From contig KE560384.1 in NCBI GenBank assembly GCA_000442015.1, positions 62,001 to 126,000 of the forward strand: 64,000 nucleotides of DNA. Reading direction: 5' to 3'. Below are positions 23,329 through 35,189 of the stretch, one piece after another. Under the pieces are notes generated by a model, which was not told where the DNA came from, did no database searches, and saw only the letters and a program-made list of their open reading frames with translations. Numbering within the stretch: the stretch's first letter is position 1; each line of letters opens with the position of its first letter. A program made the position numbers and the translations under genes. This DNA comes from Rozella allomycis CSF55 (taxonomy: Eukaryota).

Positions 23329-24302
23329 ATGGTGAACTTGACGATCAAAGAATTCTTAACATCTACGATATATGATGATATGGAACCAGTAACACTTACT
23401 CTACATTTTAAAAGATTTGCTACAGGACCTTAGTTAACAAGTTCAACATCAGCCCAGGCAAAGCACAGCGTTATCTGTCAGTGATGCTACACAGTGATTT
23501 ATCGTTAAATGCATGGTTATTTGTACAAGGAAAAGTAAATCAGGAGTTGGCTTTTGCATACTGCCAAAATTTACAGCAGCTAGAAGACATTCAAATTGAA
23601 AGAGTTTTTGTACATGCTCTATCTAAGAATCCAATTTCTAAAAGCACTCTGAATAATATCTTGAATAGAGAAAAATGCTCGATTAAGAATATTATTGTTA
23701 AAGGGATAAACAAGAAAGATCCATTTGCGAATGCCATTGTTCTAGATTCTACTCAACCGATTAAAGAAAAACAAAAGGAATCAAAATTGGAAACCTCCAA
23801 AGCTGAGCCTTTGAAGAAACCTGTAGTACCCAACAGTAACACTAAACAACAGAACGCTGTTAGACAAAAGTCCGAACCGAAACCAAAGAAACAAAAAAGC
23901 GTCATTGGCAGAAAATCTATGATTGTTGAAAGCAGTGATGAAGATGAAGAAGACGAGGAAACTAAAGATCGCAATTTAACGTCAATGGAAGTTGATGACC
24001 CGCTAGAACAACCTACAAATGATACCAGCGAGCATAAAGCACCCGTACAGGAAGAAGTTTTAAAAGAAAATCCCGATGGCACCAGGCTTGTAAGAAAGGC
24101 AATCAAAGAGCCCGTTACGTTTACTGATGCCAATGGTTACATGCACACAGAGTATCAAGAGCATGTTGTTGAGCAGATTGAGGAGGCACCTAAAAAGTCT
24201 GCTAATGCTCAACCAGCGAAGAAAATGGCTTCTGGAAAGAACACGAAAGAAACCAAAAGACAATCTTCAATCAAATCATTTTTTAAACCAAAGCAGAAAT
24301 AA
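23329..24302 (+). CDS. POLD3: DNA polymerase delta subunit 3 (Pol32/Cdc27-like), 2 exons
   Basis: N-terminal winged-helix-like exon, TFTDANGYMHTE motif, C-terminal PIP box QSSIKSFF. Confidence 0.8.
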
Positions 24303-24640
24303 TTAATAAATATTTATTTCATTTTATATCTTTAATCGTTAGTATAAAGAATTAAAAATGGATGCAAATTGATGGGTGATTGACTTCTAAATTAATCGGC
24401 TAAACGAATCATTGCAGACAAACCAAATGTTCCCTAAGCGATAAGAAAAAATATTGCAGGCAGAGATTTACGAAAACGAAAAAGAGGAATTTAATTTTCA
24501 AATGATAAAAAGCTATTGAGGTTAGGGCAATTGTGGATTCATCATTCTGCTCTCATTGCAGACGTGACAGTCACTCTTAAATTAAGAATTTACTCTTCAA
24601 TAATGAATAACGCTAACTAAATGCAGTGAAGGTTTTTTAT

Positions 24641-25761
24641 TTAGGAGAGCTGCCAAATGTTATGGACTTTATAAGCAATGCAAAAGTCTTTGCACATTGC
24701 TTCTGCTATTTGAAAATTCCATCCACTACTTTTGTTTAGTTGCAGTGGTTGATTTCTATTGATATCGTCTGCCAAATCAGCCAGCTCGAAGTAAATTTCA
24801 TCTGACGGCCGCGTGACCTGCTCACACACTTTGTGCTTACATTATTTAACGTGCATTAAAATTGAGTTTATTGATGAAGAAAAGTCAAATTTTGCGTTGC
24901 AAACACCAGGTAACTCTTTAACAGCTTTGGTATGTTCTATTTGGAATTTGGCTGCAAACAATTGGAAAGCAAGTCTTTCATGTGACTTGCATATAGCATC
25001 TAGTCTTTTGTGCAATAATTTTTCTTTTTCTTTAATAATGTCTTCTTTTCTTTCCAGAGCCACTTCCAACTCTTTTTTGCCAGTTTCAGGCCTTTGTTAG
25101 CCAATTCCAAATCTTTATTGGCTAACACTATCTGTTCCCTATTTAACCTGGCTTGATTAATTAAAGTCATCACCCAAATTATGAATTCCCTCGTGACTTT
25201 TTCGGGTTCTAAGATACACAGTTTGATGCAATTGGCAATATTTTTTAAAATTGCATCAAATGACATATTCTCTGGATCTTCAAGTCGATTAGAACCTAAA
25301 AGTGAAATATCGTCTTGTGAAAGATCATTATTTTCCACTTCCAATCCTATTTTTTCTTCATTCACTTCCTCCTTCTCTCTTTCTGCCTTAAGTTTTTCAT
25401 TTTCCCTTGTTGCCTTGATTTTTCCTAATTTTTCACCAAGTAACAGATCTTCAGTCAGTAGATTTCGAAAATCCTGAATTAATGGGCTTAAATTTTTATC
25501 TTCAGGCCAAACTAGAGCGAAGGGAGCTTTGCCATTGTTTCTCTTTAATATACTCCTCATCTTTTCATTTTTCATTGTTTCCACAGGGATAAGATCTACA
25601 GAAAACTTTTTATCTTGAAAATATGCATTCTTGTGGTTCTGCCCAAAATTTTGTTTAATCTTCTCTTTAACTTGTTCAGCAGTAGCATCCAAGTCTGCCT
25701 GGATGGCTATACACATATCTTTCTCTGAATAAGCGCACCAGAAAGTAACGACTGAGCTCAT
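24641..25761 (-). pseudogene. Disrupted coiled-coil gene with possible Crinkler-like N-terminus (frameshift near 25075, in-frame TAA at 24842-24844)
   Basis: Three consecutive ORFs; heptad LANKDLE/LANKGLK/LAxKELE is broken by one missing base in an A6 run; downstream ORF is in frame after a single stop. Confidence 0.55.
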
Positions 25762-25858
25762 GAGGTTAGGTGCTCTCCTTTCATGCCTTCTTTATAATGT
25801 TTTGACAGTAGCAATGTGTGAATTAAATTGTGACAAAATTTTGGTTTATTTATATAGT

Positions 25859-27303
25859 CTATGTAGTATTCGTCTTCTTTTCACATTGAGCGCACAAAAC
25901 TTTTATTTTCCTTTCCACGCACTGGCAATTTTCAACTGAAAGACAACATTTCATGCAATAAACACTAATAATACACTTTTCCACACAAAACCTATAACCA
26001 CACCGAACACATTCGAAAAACGTAAACGATGTAGAAGAAAATGGGTGATTTCGGCATGTTTCTTTTTCTATCGGCATCAATGTTCTTGGTTTAGTGATAA
26101 AGACTCGTCGCAGATTCACGGGTGATGAGATCTCGGGGTACAAAGAAATGAGCAATAAATCCAAAATATGAATCATCAGTTGTCTGTTTCGTGCTGGGTT
26201 TTCAAAGGATTGACAAAAGGTTTCAAAACCGCTTTTGAAGGTTGATTCTCGAACAACTATTTTAGCCCAATCTAAAAAACTAGCCAAAAATATTTACAAG
26301 GGACTAATTCTAATAAACTTGGAACAACCATGCTTTTGTGGAATAAAAGATGATTTGAATATTTCTCTTTTGACAAAACTGGCGGTGGCTTGAAAATATT
26401 GCCGGGAAAATAAGTGTCCAACACAATTCGGGTATATTCATTAATATTTCTTTGGGAAATAGAATGTTTAATCATCATTACGATGCCACTAACCTACAGG
26501 ATGATATATTTGTATACCTTTGAATAGCATCACCAAAAAGATACAATGTACAAGGTCTTAGTATTCTCAAATACAACTTGTGCAAAAACGGATAATCTTG
26601 ACGGATATTAAACAATGTCTCAACAAGATCATACCAATGCTTGTCGATCTCTTTGTAATCCAATTGTTGTTTAGAAAATAACGCTGAGAAAGCCTTGTAC
26701 ATTGAAATCGTGATTTTAAATGGATTAAATATATGTATCATGCTTTTCAACCAATTAAATCTGCTATTATTCTGTTGAGCGTTTCGTTTCAATTCAATAT
26801 TCTCCAAGGCCTATCCGGACATTGGAAACTATTTACCATATTAAATATCGTATAAATAGTTAATGGATCTGATGAAACATCCAACAATGGTCGCAGGGCA
26901 TATTCATTTAAAATTTCCACCATCAGAGCTAAAACTATTTCACTTTCATATTCTCTCTTCTTTAAAATTTTGCTACTTAAAAACCAGCATACTCTTTTTA
27001 AGTATTCTTCTTCTCTCGTGGCCGCTACATGGGATACATCGAATGATTCATAGATATGGAGTCGCAAAAGATTTGGCAAGTGGTTCATAAAAATGTCTAG
27101 CCAATCGATCTATCATTATATTATGCTTTGTGGTAAACCTTTTCTAGTCTGGCATTTAGATCTAATAAAAATTGCGTGCTTGAATGTTCAATGTGTTTTG
27201 GGAGATCAGGGTCATTTGATATAGAATCGTACCAAAAATATACAAAATTTTTCATAGAAGCGTTGAAAAGTGACCGGATATTGTCATCAAAGTTGGATTC
27301 CAT
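25859..27303 (-). CDS. PXA + sorting-nexin C-terminal domain protein with Cys-rich tail, 5 exons
   Basis: NFVYFWYDSISNDP, EEEYLKRV, EILNEYALRPLLD..SDP (PXA); FENPARNRQLMIHILDLLLISLYPE (Nexin_C). Confidence 0.8.
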
Positions 27304-27434
27304 TCAGGAAATTTGGAATCTTCAAAATGGATAAACAAAATGATAAAAGATGGTAATCATGATGAACGATTCTTAACTGACTAACTGACTATTAATTATT
27401 AATTAAATTAAATTGATTTATTTGTTACATTCAT

Positions 27435-27974
27435 CTACGCTAGTAATCTTACCTCGCGAATACGAATCATTGTTATTTTCGGTTGAGCTTCCTTCTTTTT
27501 GATTGTCTTCAATAATCTTTTATATCCAATTCTGCATCTAATTTTCTTTCCAAACGTTTGACTTAAAACTACTCCAGTTATGAAATAGTAGTTGGGGTCA
27601 ATGAACTTGTTCCCTTTCAATGTTGCATCACGTGTACCAATTTCTGAAACAGTATCAAATCTTATAAGATCTCCAACATTGTAATCTCTCAAGTAGCCAG
27701 ACACAATGATATCCCCTTTGGTAACAGTGTATGGGAAATTGTTAATGTACACTTTGGCATAAATGTAAGGATACATTTTTTGCATTTGCTGTAGTGCATT
27801 AATAGTTGATGGGGATATTTGAGGTCTGCTTGAAACTATGTTTGTAATTGCATGCTTTTCAGTGTCTAGTAAATTTGAAGTACATGGAATTTCTATTAAA
27901 GTGAAATAAGAATTGTTACTTATGTTTGTTGATTTAATTGCATTGCTGAAGAAACGCCTAGTTAAGGAATTCAT
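27435..27974 (-). CDS. MRPL21: Mitochondrial ribosomal protein bL21m
   Basis: Transit-peptide-like N-terminus; PYTVTKGD, IGTRDATLKG, TMIRIREV. Confidence 0.85.
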   Translation of the reverse strand: MNSLTRRFFSNAIKSTNISNNSYFTLIEIPCTSNLLDTEKHAITNIVSSRPQISPSTINALQQMQKMYPYIYAKVYINNFPYTVTKGDIIVSGYLRDYNVGDLIRFDTVSEIGTRDATLKGNKFIDPNYYFITGVVLSQTFGKKIRCRIGYKRLLKTIKKKEAQPKITMIRIREVRLLA

Positions 27975-28020
27975 TTAGTAAAAATCAAAAATGGAAGGTG
28001 ATGGAGTAAAATTGATTTAT

Positions 28021-29571
28021 TTATGAAAGATTCTGCAAAAGATCGGCAGTAGACATACTTTGATGTTGAAGAGAATCCATTAAAGCGATTTGTTCTTCTT
28101 CTGTCATTTCGTGGTGGTAAGATTGATAGTGTTGTTGGTTGTGATAATCAGGATGAACCATTGCTTCGGAAGGGATTCCATGCATTTCGTGGTGATATTG
28201 GCGGAATCTTGGATCGTATTCGTCTTCATGGTGACTTTGCATGTTGATTTGATGATGGATGTGGTGGTGATGGTCCATGTCCAAGTTTTGGTTATTCATA
28301 GCCAATGCGTGTGCAACCATTTCAGTAAATTCATGACGCTCAGTGTTTTGATCGTGTTGGGCAGGAGAAAGAGATTCTAAATAAAGTTCTTGGCGATACA
28401 AATTTCGAACATCCTTGGCTTTACCCCTGTCGTATTTCATTCGGTAAGCTTCAACGGCCTTTTGAAGAACAATTCTCTTTCCAGCTAATTTGTTTGCATT
28501 TAAATAAGCCAATTTCCATCCAATCTCATTGCAAAGTGTTTCATATTCACATTTCACAGGGGATGTATAAGATTCGCGATCTAGCATGGCCTGAGGAAAC
28601 ACACAGTTATTTATTTTAAAAGTTTCATCAATATCTGATAGATCCACAGTGTCAATATCAACTCTAATCTTTGCTTTAGATGTGATCCCACGTGTTGACC
28701 AATGAAACGTCAACATTTTAGGCCCCTTGGGTTCCAAGTTGGTGGATTCTGTAACTCTTCTTCTCAGCGTTCCATTAACTAATTTTTCTTGTCTTTGAAC
28801 TCTTCTGGATCTAGTGTCATCAAATCTGTTTCTATAACTATCAACAGCCCTTTGGATCAAGCCTCTTCTGCTAGTCAAAACTGATGGGTTCATCCAACAA
28901 AGTTTCCACGCAATGTCATTACAAGTAGTCTCATATTCCCATCTATTGCCTTCATATTGTTCTGGAGCACAGTACGCTCTTGGATACACTCCATTCTCCC
29001 TCTTAAAATCTTCGGGAATATCATCTGCATTTAAATTCTCAATGTCAATTCTTATCGTATATTCAGTTATTCTTCCCTTGTTCGTATAACTAAATGTAAT
29101 CCATTCTACCCCATCACGAACAGTAACTACAGGGGTCGACGGCGATGGATATGTAATTACGTATGGTGCGTTGGGATCTCCATTCTCTCCTCTCTGTTTC
29201 TTTTTATTTAAACTAGTCGTTTTCTTCTTTTTTTGTTGCTGCTGCAGATTTTTTTCGAGTTCCAACAACTGTTGCGGCGACAAGGATGATAAAGCTTCTT
29301 CAACTACTCCGTCATCGTTCCTGGGGCCAGTAGAGTGCTGTCCAAGCAGAGTACTCAGTGTTATCAAAGATGCTTCATCGTGGGGCTCCATCAAACCTCC
29401 AACATGATGCTCTCCCATACCGTTCGCTTCCATACTATGGCCCAAGTGCTCCATACCCATAGGATAGTTGTACATATCTAAAGGTTAGAAAAGTTCATCT
29501 TAACACAAATAAACAAGGGGGAAAACGCAGGGGTTAACGACAGGGTTTAACTTACTCTCATTCATTTCCAT
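28021..29571 (-). CDS. Protein with two tandem copies of a conserved fungal domain of unknown function, His/Gln-rich tail; 2 exons
   Basis: EWITFSY...YTIRIDIE...VYPRA...YETTCNDIAWKL...RGLIQRAVDSYR repeated as LTFHW...IRVDID...VFPQA...YETLCNEIGWKL...LQKAVEAYR; 78-nt first intron 29478-29555. Confidence 0.8.
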
Positions 29572-30019
29572 TTTTGAGGCTTAGTCATTTTTCAAAAGAA
29601 AATTTTTTATTGGTTCTAGGTTCAAATTATTCTATTTATGTCATCTTTTTCTAATTAAATTCAAACACGAAGAAAAATTCGCTAAAATCTCGAATTAAAT
29701 GGAAAATCCCTTCTACTAATCAATTTAGATTATATAAACTTGATTCTCTAATCATTAAATTTGATCAATTATATCAACAGATTTTGAATTAAGAATATTA
29801 AAGATTTACACCGCCGGCATTTNCACGAATCATATTTTATTCATCTAAATGTGTATTACACTAACCGAATTTTTAATGCACCACAAAATCTTACTATTTG
29901 TGATTCGATGGACTTAGTTCTTTTGGTTTATTCTACTCGGCGAAATTGCACTTGTAAGAAAGATATATATTAATATAGATTCTAATATTTTGAGTATTCT
30001 AAGAATTGGGCGTCAAAAT

Positions 30020-30148
30020 TGAAAAAGTAGATAATTCCTAAAAAAAGTAGCATGGGTAGCTACTTTTCAAAAACGTAGGAAATTTGCATTTAAGCCGGGG
30101 TTTTATATGAATTTCGTAAATAATCTACTTTTGAAAATCTACTTTTCA
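30020..30148. repeat. Inverted-repeat cluster of AAAAGTAG motifs
   Basis: Two forward copies (about 30023, 30043) and three reverse copies (about 30060, 30125, 30139). Confidence 0.6.
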
Positions 30149-30170
30149 GTTGAAGAAGGCGCTCAAGGCA

Positions 30171-30410
30171 ATTGACAATAGCATAGAGTTCACAACCTTA
30201 ATAAAGCTATGAAGGTTTGTCTATTGATAACTAACATAGATTTCATACTCATGCATGAAGCCAATATGGATAAGTTATGCTAGACAATGTCCTGCTAAGG
30301 TCATTGACGATAGCATAGATTTGACAACCTGAAATCTGAATAGAGCTATTAAGGTTTAACGAATGATAATCTCATTGATGAGGACTCAATATGGATGTCT
30401 TAATACTGAT
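30171..30410. repeat. Degenerate tandem duplication, period about 125-132 bp
   Basis: attgacaatagcatagagttcacaacct (30171) vs attgacgatagcatagatttgacaacct (30303); caatatggat at 30262 and 30387. Confidence 0.75.
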
Positions 30411-30452
30411 AGATCTATAAATAGGATACTATTTATAGAAAGAATCCNGTGT

Positions 30453-31393
30453 TTATTTCAGAAGAAACTCAAGAAGTGGGAGAACGCTTGCCTCCTCTTC
30501 GCCCAGTAGGCTGTGGCTGCTGAACCGCTTTACTTTCTATATCCTCTCTACTGTGTCCCAATTATAATATATCATTACGCTTCAGTTTTTTCTGCATTTG
30601 CAACAGGTGCCTTGTTGGTAGGTGAAACCATGGCCCAAGAAAACGACGAATGATTTGACGGAGTATTCAAATAGCCCATAGGTGATGTTATTTCAGCTGT
30701 AGGCATAAGGTCTGGATAAAAGGATGACGGAGATGGTAGTCGGTTATTCATGTTCTGATTCGATGTTGGTGGTTGGATGAATAGCTGACTTAATGCATTG
30801 ATTATACTTTTACCTTGTTAAGTTCTCGAGAATTCGATGCTGTAGCAGGGTTTGATGATGAAGCGCTGGGAGCCACGACTTGCTTTTGCTGAGCGTGACT
30901 CATCATTATTGGCATGGGATGCGTTGGTGCAACCTATAATTTTAAAAAGAAAGTCGCTCTTACTTGAGTCCTTAATAGTTTATCTATCTCTTTTTCAGCT
31001 GGTCTAGCCTTAATTTTCAGTTGCATAATGTCATTTACTTCATCATTAAAGTCCTCTCCATCTTCGTTTTTAGCAAGTAATGATTTAAACTTGTGAAAAT
31101 TAAGCAATAAAATTACATCTTCATTGTTTCTTGATTCATTTGGTTCACTATATTCTGTGTACTTTAAGAGAATCTTGTCCATGTCCGTGCTTGCGTATTG
31201 AATAAGTTTATTATTTGGGGAGAATATAATAACAGCGATTTCGCAGTCACAAAGTACTGAAAGTTCGTATGCCTTTTTCATGAGGCCGAATTTTCTCTTT
31301 GTAAAGGTTACCTAAAAATAGCTGTGGTAAGGTTTTTACCTGGCGGTTGCGATCGTCGGTTATGGATTGAATTTTGATCTTTTTGCGTCCCAT
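30453..31393 (-). CDS. MEF2-type MADS-box transcription factor (Rlm1/Smp1-like), about 6 exons
   Basis: Spliced [58 protein letters not shown] in the C-terminal part. Confidence 0.95.
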
Positions 31394-31850
31394 GAGAAGT
31401 TTTTGATAATCAGAAATCAACAAATGTAGGCGACCGTAACCAGGACAAAAGTCTAAAAACGACTTCGGAAATTTACCGAGAAAAAAATATTTAAAGATTT
31501 CATAAATTTTCAAACGCCAAGTCTATTTTTAACAAATCTAGATTTTATTCGCCATTTTTGAGCGCATTGGAGTTTTTGAAGCAGAATTCAATATTCTCAA
31601 AGTATGATTCCCAAACGCTATCAATTTTGACAAGGTCTTCTGTTAAGGGTTTTATTTTCTTAAAATATTTGCTAGATAAATTCAGTTACTGTAAATTCAT
31701 TAGCTACTAATTCCATAATTTCTGTGAGATGGTTTGTGTTTGATATTATTCTATCTAACAGAGCCTTCATATTAACACTAGAATTTGTTTACCAATTGTT
31801 TCTGCTCAAAGTGAGGATTAGACATCATCTTGAATAAGAAATTTCGGAAG

Positions 31851-33598
31851 ATGGATCCTTGGTCTCAAACTCAGAGTCCGTTTGTGCAGTCTCCATCTAG
31901 TATATTTTCTAGTATCCATTTAATGATATTGTTTTAGGATCTGATCTACTTTTGGAATCTGCGTATTCATATGCAAATCCCACATATGGACCCAGCATTC
32001 CCAAGGAAGGATTACTTCAGCTGTTGAGAGTGGCAAACATTACTAATGAACAAATTAACGAAGTATATTATTTAATAAAACAGAAATAGATCTTTAGAAC
32101 TGTCATATCTGATGAATATGCCATTTTGAAAGATCATTTGATGACGTGCATGCAGCTTGTTGCATTAGCTCAACAAAACCGAGAAATCAGCATGGATGAA
32201 ATTTCTAGGGCGACAGCAGAAGGAAATGATTTGATACCAGTCTTAAAAATTGAAGTAAGTGTTTGCGATAATATTTGTAGGAGAATGATAAATATGATGC
32301 GGTGGCTATTAATAATGACGAGTTGAATTTTCCGACTCCAAATCCAATGGACAAGAATACATATTTTGAGGCATCTGAGATTAGAGTTAAGATGATGCCC
32401 GAGAAGAGTGGACTTGTTTTTAAATATGTCACATATGAACTAGAAAGCAGCGTAATTCTTTTTGGTTGAAACAATTACAGTCATTGAAAAGCGCAGTAAT
32501 GAGAAGATATAGCGACTTTGATTCATTACAGCAACTTTTGATTAAAAAGTACCCATTTAGAATTATTCCAGCGATGCCACCAAAGAAAATTACTGGTAAC
32601 ATTTTGTATTTAATTTTGTGAGCAAATATCGATGAAAAGTTTTTAGAGACTAGGTGCAAGGGTCTAACGAGGTTTATCAATTTAGTTGCAAATCACCCGG
32701 TTCTTAAAACTGATGAAATATTTATTGATTTCATGACTAATCAACAAGTACAAAACGATTTTATTTTACACGAGGGGTTCCAAAAGCTGAATACGACAGA
32801 AGAAGAGTTTGATGCTTACAGGGACACATTTGGAATATTCAATTCAAGTTTACCTTTAGATATTGATGAAAAATTGGATCAAATAAAAACAAGGGTTCTT
32901 GAGATGAGAGATGAATATTCAATCATGATTGATTCCATAAATGAAATGCAGATATATCATTTGAACATGTCAAACACAATGTCTTCTCTATCTACTGCCT
33001 TAATTCCTGTTGAAAGTCGCACCAATTGTTGGAATTCAGACTGCAGTGAATGTTCAACGTTGCATGAAACAAAGAAGCTTCTCGGTAAGACATGCAGCTC
33101 TTTAAGCCTTCAATACAATGAGCTTCATTCAAGAGAACAATTTGAAACTTTTCAAGTATTTTTGAAATTCAATGAAACAATCTCTTCATTTTTGGTACCC
33201 TTGCACTTTCAATGTCATTCAGGATTTGTTTGAACGTTCACAAAGAGTTATGATTTCGGATTTTGAAGGAATTCAACGAAGAATTTCACAAAATCAACAA
33301 AAGTTGGAAAAATTGGGGTCAAAATCAGTCATTTCTTCAAAGGATGTGGAGAAAATATCATTAGCTATTGAAACGGTATGAAATTTCTAAAACTTTAATT
33401 AAGGATCAAAAAGAAATTGAATATCATCGAAATAGAAATAATTTTGCTAAATATTGCATTTGGAATGAAGCGATCTATTTTCATAAACAAAAAGATCTCA
33501 TTTCGCAAGCCTTTGTTGCAATGGTAAATCTTCAACGGCATTATTCAGCCTTTTTCAATGACAATTGGGTTCTTTTGTCTGAGAAATTACAAAAATAG
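31851..33598 (+). CDS. MVP1: Sorting nexin SNX8/Mvp1 (PX-BAR), 8 exons
   Basis: [54 protein letters not shown]. Confidence 0.85.
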
Positions 33599-33654
33599 AA
33601 AATAAAGTTTAAGTTTCCATTTAAAACCAGTTTATTGCCAAACATTCAGAGAAT

Positions 33655-33922
33655 TTAATAGTCGTCTCCGTCTTGATCACTATCATCATCGCCATATCCC
33701 CCCTTTTCACATTTTCTGCATTTTCTACGTCTTCTTGGTGGACACGTTGGGGTGACAGTCATTGCTGGCAATGTCTCAGTCTTTGTGACAGCTTCACATG
33801 GAATAGTTGTAGTAATTGGACTCAATGTTTGGCTTTCAGTGATTGTATTTGTTCTAGTCTCACAAGTCTCAGTGATGGTAGCAGTTTCACGTGGCAAAGT
33901 AGAGGTTTCAAACAGCGTAGTA
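33655..33922 (-). CDS. Thr/Cys-rich small protein, paralogue of 34433-34891; 5' end missing at N33923
   Basis: ETSTLPRET.T.TETCE..TNTITE.QTL.PIT.TI.CE.VTKT..LP..T..PTCPPR.RR.C.KCEK shared with neighbour. Confidence 0.65.
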
Positions 33923-34432
33923 NAACGCTGACATAGTATGGGCACAATGACAATTTATTATGATGCGAGAGCCATAAACTGCTGAAAACGAAATTTTTGA
34001 CAAAAAATGCTAAGGAGCTGCAAAGACGGCAATATATATCCTACTTGAATTCACTCCAATCAGACAGAAGAAAATTTTATACAAAGTATTTATCTATAAT
34101 TATACCTGGCCCGAGATTCAAAGCATTTTCAAATTCAGTCCGAATTATCTGGATAATTTCTATCAGTAACCAGTCATAATCTAAATGTTCCTGCAAATTG
34201 AAATTTTCAACCTGCTAAATGCAAGAACATTCAATAATTAGCCAAATTATAAAAAAGATTACAATTGAACAGGTAATTAATATTCGATGGCAACAACAAC
34301 CAACATGAACATTATTGAATACGAAAATTATGTGATCGAGCTTCGACAACTATCGATGTTATGGTGTACTAGTAAACATTGTAAAATAGATTCATTTAAA
34401 ATCAGTTTATTGCAAATACGCCAAGCTATAAA

Positions 34433-34891
34433 CTATAAGTATTCATTACTATCTTGTTCACGATCCCCATATTCTCTCTTTTCACATTTTATACATCTTC
34501 TACGTTTTCTAGGTGGGCAGGTAGGGGCGATGGTCACTGGCGGTAGCGATTTAGTCTTAGTTACAGTTTCACATGATATAGTGCTAGTTATTGGACCCAA
34601 TGTTTGAGTTTCAGTTATTGTATTTGTTTTAGCTTCGCATGTTTCAGTAACGGTGGTTGTTTCACGTGGCAGAGTAGATGTTTCAATAAGTGTTTCGGTC
34701 TTAACCCTCGACTCTGTGGTTGGTGCCAATGTTTCGGTGACAGCTAATGTTTCCAAAATTGTTTCAGTTTGTGTCATTGTTTCGGTCATGGTCTTTCTTT
34801 TGCATCGGCATTTCCCCTCAATGTCAAGAACAGATGGAGCAGCTAGGATGTAAGATAAGAGTGAAAAGAAAGAAAGGATTATTGATTTCAT
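34433..34891 (-). CDS. Secreted Thr-rich, Cys-flanked small protein; intronless
   Basis: Signal peptide MKSIILSFFSLLSYILA; TET repeats; TATAT box-like sequence about 30 nt upstream. Confidence 0.8.
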   Translation of the reverse strand: MKSIILSFFSLLSYILAAPSVLDIEGKCRCKRKTMTETMTQTETILETLAVTETLAPTTESRVKTETLIETSTLPRETTTVTETCEAKTNTITETQTLGPITSTISCETVTKTKSLPPVTIAPTCPPRKRRRCIKCEKREYGDREQDSNEYL

Positions 34892-35189
34892 ATTTCAATA
34901 AATACTCAGTTCTGGTAAAACTATATAAAGGGTATTGACGTTTATAATAAAAGCTCCGTAAACAGAAATGATTTGGTGTCAGTATATACTTTCGTTGTAA
35001 ACAATACCGTAATTAAAGTTATTTTTATGATAATTTAAAGCTGCATTGTGCAAAGGGTTCTTTTTTAAGAATATAGACTAATTGTATTTAAATTATTCCA
35101 CTGGAATCCCAATAACCTTCATTGGGTTCATCAAATCATTCAAATTTCAAATTTATGCAGCCAAATATGCACTTCAGTTTATATATATT

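Noticed and set aside
31913-31937. GTATCCAT donor resembling a U12-type intron
   Set aside because: Mismatch to GTATCCTT, no U12 branch motif, ordinary local size class
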